Source: Tubiluchus corallicola (Eukaryota; Animalia; Priapulida). From it: a DNA stretch of 64,000 nucleotides. The notes under the pieces were generated by a model. That model worked only from the letters and a program-made list of their open reading frames with translations. It ran no database searches and was not told the DNA's origin. The position numbers were made by a program, and so were the translations under genes. Shown piece by piece: positions 58,160-64,000 of this stretch. The stretch is taken from contig JAQGDQ010000642.1 of NCBI GenBank assembly GCA_030141605.1, forward strand, positions 1-64,000, given 5' to 3'. Position 1 is the first letter of the stretch. Each line of letters starts with the position of its first letter.

Positions 58160-59859
58160 CTTTACGTTATTTTAAATCTTTACACTAACGGAATGCTCTG
58201 GTTTTTTGGAATGCTGTTATTTCAGACGTAAACGCTTCAGTCAGCTGTGCAATCGCACTGCTGCAGTTATTCCATTCTCCATGTTTATCATTTAGTTCTC
58301 AGTCCAATATTTTTGCGCGAAAAGCTACAACTTGTCTGCCGCGGAATAAAAACCTGGAGAATTTCAGTTACACAGCAACCAAGAGTAGCCTATTTTTGTA
58401 CACCAAACACAAACACAGATGTTTCAAGACGCATGCTGCTGTACGCAGGACGCAATCAAAAATGCTACTGCACCAGGAACTAATTTTATGCTAATAAAAA
58501 ATAAAACTGATAGTTTTTGCCAGCAGATCTAGTGGCAGTCGCAGCAAATGGGAGATTTATATTACAGTAATGGCTCACAGAGCGAAGATATTGAATAACT
58601 GAGTGCCTTCTTACTCTGATCTCAAACTCACAAATTGCTCAACCTTGCACGCACTACTGCAGCTACATTTGGAGTGATGCCACAACGAAACGAATTACAC
58701 TTTATCAGAAATTGCTAAATTGTCGGGAAGGTTCTGTGCTGAAGCAAACCAAGTAAAATACCTTTCATTACTACACTTAGGACAGATTGTCGTTCATTCC
58801 AAAACCCTGACAATTTGCTCAAATATATATTTTAGTATCGTTTGTTATTTTTACACTATAAGTTCCGAAGATTCCTACTTGCAAAATAGCTGTTTATAAA
58901 TCTCGTTTTTAACAAAAAATTAAGACTTGTTTGCCTATTAATCTTACAATCTCAATTCATTCAACCCGAGACTGTTAACGGATATTGTACCTGATATTAC
59001 CAATAAAACAGTTATAAGAAAACTGATTTTCTGCATAATCTGTCAAGTTCCGGAGATTCCTACTTGCAAAACAGCTGTTTATAAATATAGTTTCTCCCCC
59101 GGACCTCTTATCTATGGAGTACTTTAACAAAAATTAAGACTGTTAACAGATACTGTACCTGATATTACCAATTAAACAGTTATAAGAAATCTGATTTTCT
59201 GCATAAGCTGTCAACAAAGTGATCACGTTTTCAGTTTAGTCCCTCGCCTTGAATAGCCACTTGAATTTTTAAGAAAAGGCGGAAATAAAGAACAAACCTG
59301 TACGCATCTACAAGGACGAATTTTGATATTTTTCAATTATCTTTGCCAAAATGTCTAGCCTAGAAGTCTCTATTTCATTAATCAAATTTTGTCAACGTGC
59401 CGGCGACCTTCAGGGTAGCATATACAGTATGCATTATTGCATGTCGAGGCGTTGAGCCTGTACGTATTTGAGCATATTCCCCGTTAATGTCGTGCATAAT
59501 GTTCACCCAAGCATAAACCATGATTTGAAGTAAATTCATGCAGAGACCTTTAAACACGGGTACAGCATGTATTGCACACGCGTGGCATGTTACTAATGAC
59601 GTAAATGCCATTACTATAAAATATACGCGGTGCTGCATTCATAAGGGCTCTACGTATTCGTGTCCGTGGTGTTTGTTTACTTAGTATAAAGTTCACTCTT
59701 AGTTTAAACCATTGTATAAGTGTAAACAAAAATATATTAGGAGACTGCTTTGCAGATATCTATTTAATTAAAGCAGAAGATACTAAAGCAGGTAATTCCT
59801 AATATTAAGACTGCCAGTTAATGGTGAAATGAACCCACAGCTATTAATTATTTGAACAT

Positions 59860-60190
59860 GTCGAGGGTTCTGTGGCCCCTAGCCCAAACAAGACCAACCA
59901 ATGGCCATTTGCAAGGCGGCCTGAAGTGAGAAGGCGAAGAAATGCAATACATGTCCAGCAGCAAGAACAGGTTCCTGGTAGAGTTCCACAGGTAAGAAGC
60001 CCGAAGAAAAAACTAGATCTACAAGCAGCTGTTCTGCGTCCAGAAATGTCCGGAGTGAGAGATATCGTGAGCATCTTCCATTAGAAGTGAAAATCAGTGT
60101 CTTAATGAAGTTTTGTGAAACCAAACTGGATCAAAAAGGAATCAAATGTGAAAATGCTGGAACACAGTGTAGCTTAAATTCACTTTTCTT
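59860..60190 (+). mobile_element. Possible piggyBac-type transposase C-terminal remnant
   Basis: Frameshifted VRSERYREHLP...KFC..K...IKC..C pattern resembling the cysteine-rich PGBD tail. Confidence 0.3.
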
Positions 60191-60329
60191 TGATTTTGCT
60201 TTTGGTCAAATTTTATTTTTGTAAAATCCCAGCATCAGAAACAAATTTTTTGACGTTAATAATTAACTTACAAAATTAAAGCCATGTAACATATAAAAAT
60301 TTATATATTACATAATGCATCTTTGTATT

Positions 60330-60840
60330 TAAACACATGCACAGTGGTTGACCTAGGTGTGTAAGCTTACTATAAACTTACTAACGCTTAACTTACGTAT
60401 GCAAGTTCACTATAAACTTACTACTGCTCAACCTACGTGTGTAAGCTTACTATAAACTTACTACTGCTCAACCTACGTGTGTAAGCTTACTATAAACTTA
60501 CTACCTACCATGTAAAAACGTGCTAGAAACCTGAAACAATGACTTGTATTTAAACACATGTACAGTGCTTGAATTACATATGTAAGCTTACTATAAACTT
60601 ATTAGTGCTTATCCTACGTGTGTAAGCTTACTATAAATTTACTAGTGCCTAACCTACATGTGTAAGGTTACTATATTATTTGCAAACTGTCCACCCAATC
60701 AGGAGTTAGTTGTTATTTACTATGTTACTATTTACTATGTAAAAAAATACTGAAAAACCTGGTACAACAACTATGTATTTAAACACATATGCGGTGCTTG
60801 ACCTACCTGTGTAAGCTTACTATAAACTTACAAGTGCTTC
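60330..60840. repeat. Degenerate 40-bp minisatellite
   Basis: Unit ACCTACGTGTGTAAGCTTACTATAAACTTACTACTGCTCA. Confidence 0.85.
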
Positions 60841-62683
60841 CTTACTGTTATCGTATCTATTGTATGGGTTTTGTAAATTTTAATCAAGTATTAACTAATG
60901 AACTAGTCGTATTTTTGAATTAACTATTTTGAGTTATTACATTCTCAAACTAACTAATTGTATATTGCTTCACTGCACATAGTGAAAATACTGTGATCAG
61001 TAATCGTTACTATATTGTAAATCCACTCAAAATAAATAAAGTTTAAATATATAAAAAAGCCTGGTATGCAACAACTATGTTTAAGGTTATAACCTGTGTC
61101 ATTTTCAATCTTTTCTTATTGAAATATGAACCAGATTTGCACTCTAGATAATCTACGTGAGTAGCATATTATCATAAATTTAACAAGCCGAGCTCTGCTT
61201 TGCATTCCGTAAGTTTCGACCATATGAAACTGAATGTATGATTTCAGGCGAAGCAGAGATCATGCAGTGTACAATTAGTTCATGGTCGTACAGAAAAACT
61301 TAAGCTAGACTAATGTGCCAAAGTCCAATGCTGTAGTAGTGGCTCGGATTTTATAAATCTGCGCGCTCGAGGTTATAACAATACATTCGCATTTGAGGTG
61401 TATAAGATTTCACAAATAAAATCGTACTAAATATCCATCACTTAACGTTATGGGCCCTATAAAAATCTACAAACATTTAACATAGGTATCCAGGCTCAAG
61501 TTTTTTTAATTTACTAATTCAATTTTTTTAAGTTAATTTAAATTTAATTTCAATTCATCTGAAATGAAATTATCCGTTTATTTTTGCTCTTTCCTGCCAG
61601 CTGTTGTCCATCTTTATGCATTTAAAATTAATCATCCATTCAGCTTATAATCGTGTGTAAGAAAGGATTAGCTCACCATAAGCTCATTACTCACACACTT
61701 TAATATTTTGTGAAAATTCTATCGAAGAATTTTCTGTCGTAATTTCTTCGCCTCGTGTTGTTTCACATTCTCTGAAAGTTCGTTACAATTTCTTCGCAAA
61801 TATAAATTACACGAATTGTAAAATTTCAAACAAACCAGCCTAACTACAACTCTTTGCACGCTGTTGAATTCGCTTGTTGTTTTGCATGCGTAAATAAGAT
61901 AAGAAAAGATATTTATTCAGGTTTAACTTGACTGACCAAAGCTCGTTTACAACTAACTCCTGATTGGGTGGACAGTTTGCAAATAATATTCAGGATAATC
62001 GCAAAAAACGTACATTTTTAACAAAAACAAAACATATCAAAATTAAAAGCAGGTCAAAAAGACGAAATTTAAAAAGCACAATACAATTAATTAGCAAAAC
62101 AGGCTTGATAAATAGCTTTAAGGCAGTATAAAGCACAGCTAGTCAATAAGTTAATTTGTTATAATTTGCTAAATTCAGAATCTGACACATGGTAACCTGT
62201 CAGCTAATGAAAGTCAGCTATGTACATTTTCCTGATTTTCCAGAAACTTCCACACATTGCCTTGTAGGAATACCTCATTCAGTTATCCCCAGTTACAACA
62301 TTTTAATAACTACTGTGCTAAAAGCAGTAACCCCCTAGGGTCTTGAATTCGTGTGTAACATTATCACAATAGCTATAACATGCCTAAAACAGCTTTTATA
62401 TACGCAAGGCAAGAAAGATGATTGCTCGCGCGTGTACGTTACATTATATGCAATACTACTTATTAAAATTATGTTTAAGAAAACATATTGTGTGCAATAT
62501 GCATTTGACAACAGAGATATCGATTTGTGCATGATACAGTATATTAGTCCAACTAACACGCAAACATGTAAACATATTTTGACCATCAAACTTAGATTGT
62601 TGTAGGAGGGTAGAGTCAAATTGCAATCAAATTGTGTTTGCGAGACAAAAGCCTGCTACTGGTGTTGAAGCAGATAAATTTTC

Positions 62684-63483
62684 TTACAGGAAGACAGGAT
62701 GATTTTTCATGTACTACTCCATTTTCAAGTACGGTAAAAAGTACGGCACCAACATCACAATGATTATCCTCAACTGATGAGTTTGCCGCGCATTCTAGAT
62801 ATGAAATTGAAAAGGTATCTATCAACCACAGTACTTCCCATGACGATTTTGAAAAACACTTTTATTTAAGGAAGACAGGAAGATTTTTCATCACACCCCA
62901 TTTTCAAGTCCGATAAAAAGTATACATTTTAACACAAGTGATACTGAAAAAGGGTTTCTGATAATTAAATAACAGATTAAAAACTTAATTAATGGCAGAT
63001 GAGCCAAACAATTGACGACATCACAAACTAACATTATTTTCAACAGCAAAAATATTTCAAGAGTGTGTTGCACGTGTTTGCGAACGCGAAATTTGAAGTA
63101 CATTGCTACTGTAAGGTATTCAGTGCATTGTACTAAAACTAGGCAAGTTCTGAGATAAAAATTCAAATTTGCCGCTGTGCTCATGCATAAGCTGTCAAAC
63201 GCATGCAGTTCGTCACAAACTAACACATCTGAACTGAGAGGTACAGTATCTGTTTTTTGTACAATGCATTTCTGAAATGCAGGCACTAGTGCCCATCTAA
63301 CTAGCGAATGGCGAAATGCATGTAACAGCAAAGAACTAGTGGTGCGAACTTGAAATTGTGTTTGTGTGGTAATAATTCTTTCACATAAGTCATTTTTGAA
63401 AAAATAGTATGTTTCCTTTTGAATATTTTAAAGAATAGGTTGTTTCGACCTACAATCTAAGATTGAGTCTGTTTTTGCTTTAA
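62684..63483 (-). mobile_element. Composite family C element carrying a CTDSPL2 exon/intron fragment
   Basis: Extra element end (62684-62744), then a copy of 53809-53929 (62745-62865), then a full element (62866-63483). Confidence 0.8.
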
Positions 63484-64000
63484 CTTACTGCAGGAGGGAG
63501 CGTCAAATTGCAGTCAGATTGTGTTTGCGGAGACATCATAAGCCTGCACTGGTGTTGAAGTAGATAAATTCTCTTAACGTATACAATAATTTTAGTAAAC
63601 AATGCAACCATTATGATAAAAAAATATTTCTAATTTTTATATACATAATAAAAGTAACTAATTTTACCGCATGCATCACTTTTTGTATTCTTTTAATTTG
63701 ATTTACATCATCTTTTAATTTGTAAATAAGTAAATTTTGTACGTAAATTTCTGCAGTATATATTTCTTACATGCAACGTATTTTTTACTTTGTATACATA
63801 ACAAATAAAGATTGGCAAATAAAGATTTTATCTGTCTGTCTGTCTACCTGCCTATCTATCCATCCATCCATCCATCCATTCATCTATCTACCTATCTTAT
63901 CTATCTATCTATCATTCAATTTTCATGAAATACAACAAGTAAGTACGTAACTGACAATATTCACATATACTAAAGGCTGCTAACTAATAGAATTTACAGA

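Noticed and set aside
62616-62825. ORF as a genuine upstream CTDSPL2 coding exon
   Set aside because: It is a truncated duplicate of exon 53739-53858 that runs into transposon sequence and has lost the original donor.

Overview
AT-rich, repeat-dense eukaryotic DNA with GT-AG introns, most likely from an invertebrate animal. Two convergent multi-exon genes can be assembled by hand. (1) + strand, CDS 19341-28930, 9 coding exons, 381 aa: a type-I membrane zona pellucida (ZP) domain protein of cuticlin/dusky-like architecture (signal peptide, ZP-N/ZP-C, RKKR furin site, TM helix, YDNPSY tail). (2) - strand, CDS 58159-39589, 12 coding exons, about 457 aa: CTDSPL2/SCP4 HAD phosphatase (DLDET motif); its first exon is less certain. 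The rest is non-autonomous DNA transposons (TTAA-target Kolobok-like and piggyBac-like, TA-target Tc1/pogo-like, 8-bp-TSD hAT-like), LINE 3' fragments, SINE heads, and mini/microsatellites. Most long ORFs in the supplied track come from repeats. Best find: a hidden second copy of ZP exon 5, split by a LINE insertion, which reconstructs to exactly 155 nt with identical phases and ends only 49 nt before its twin, the classic layout of mutually exclusive exons. Also notable: a transposon composite that captured part of a CTDSPL2 exon, inverted MITEs bracketing a frame-neutral catalytic exon block, several insertions flanked by long duplications, and a candidate minimal hammerhead ribozyme. All calls were made by eye; no searches were run.
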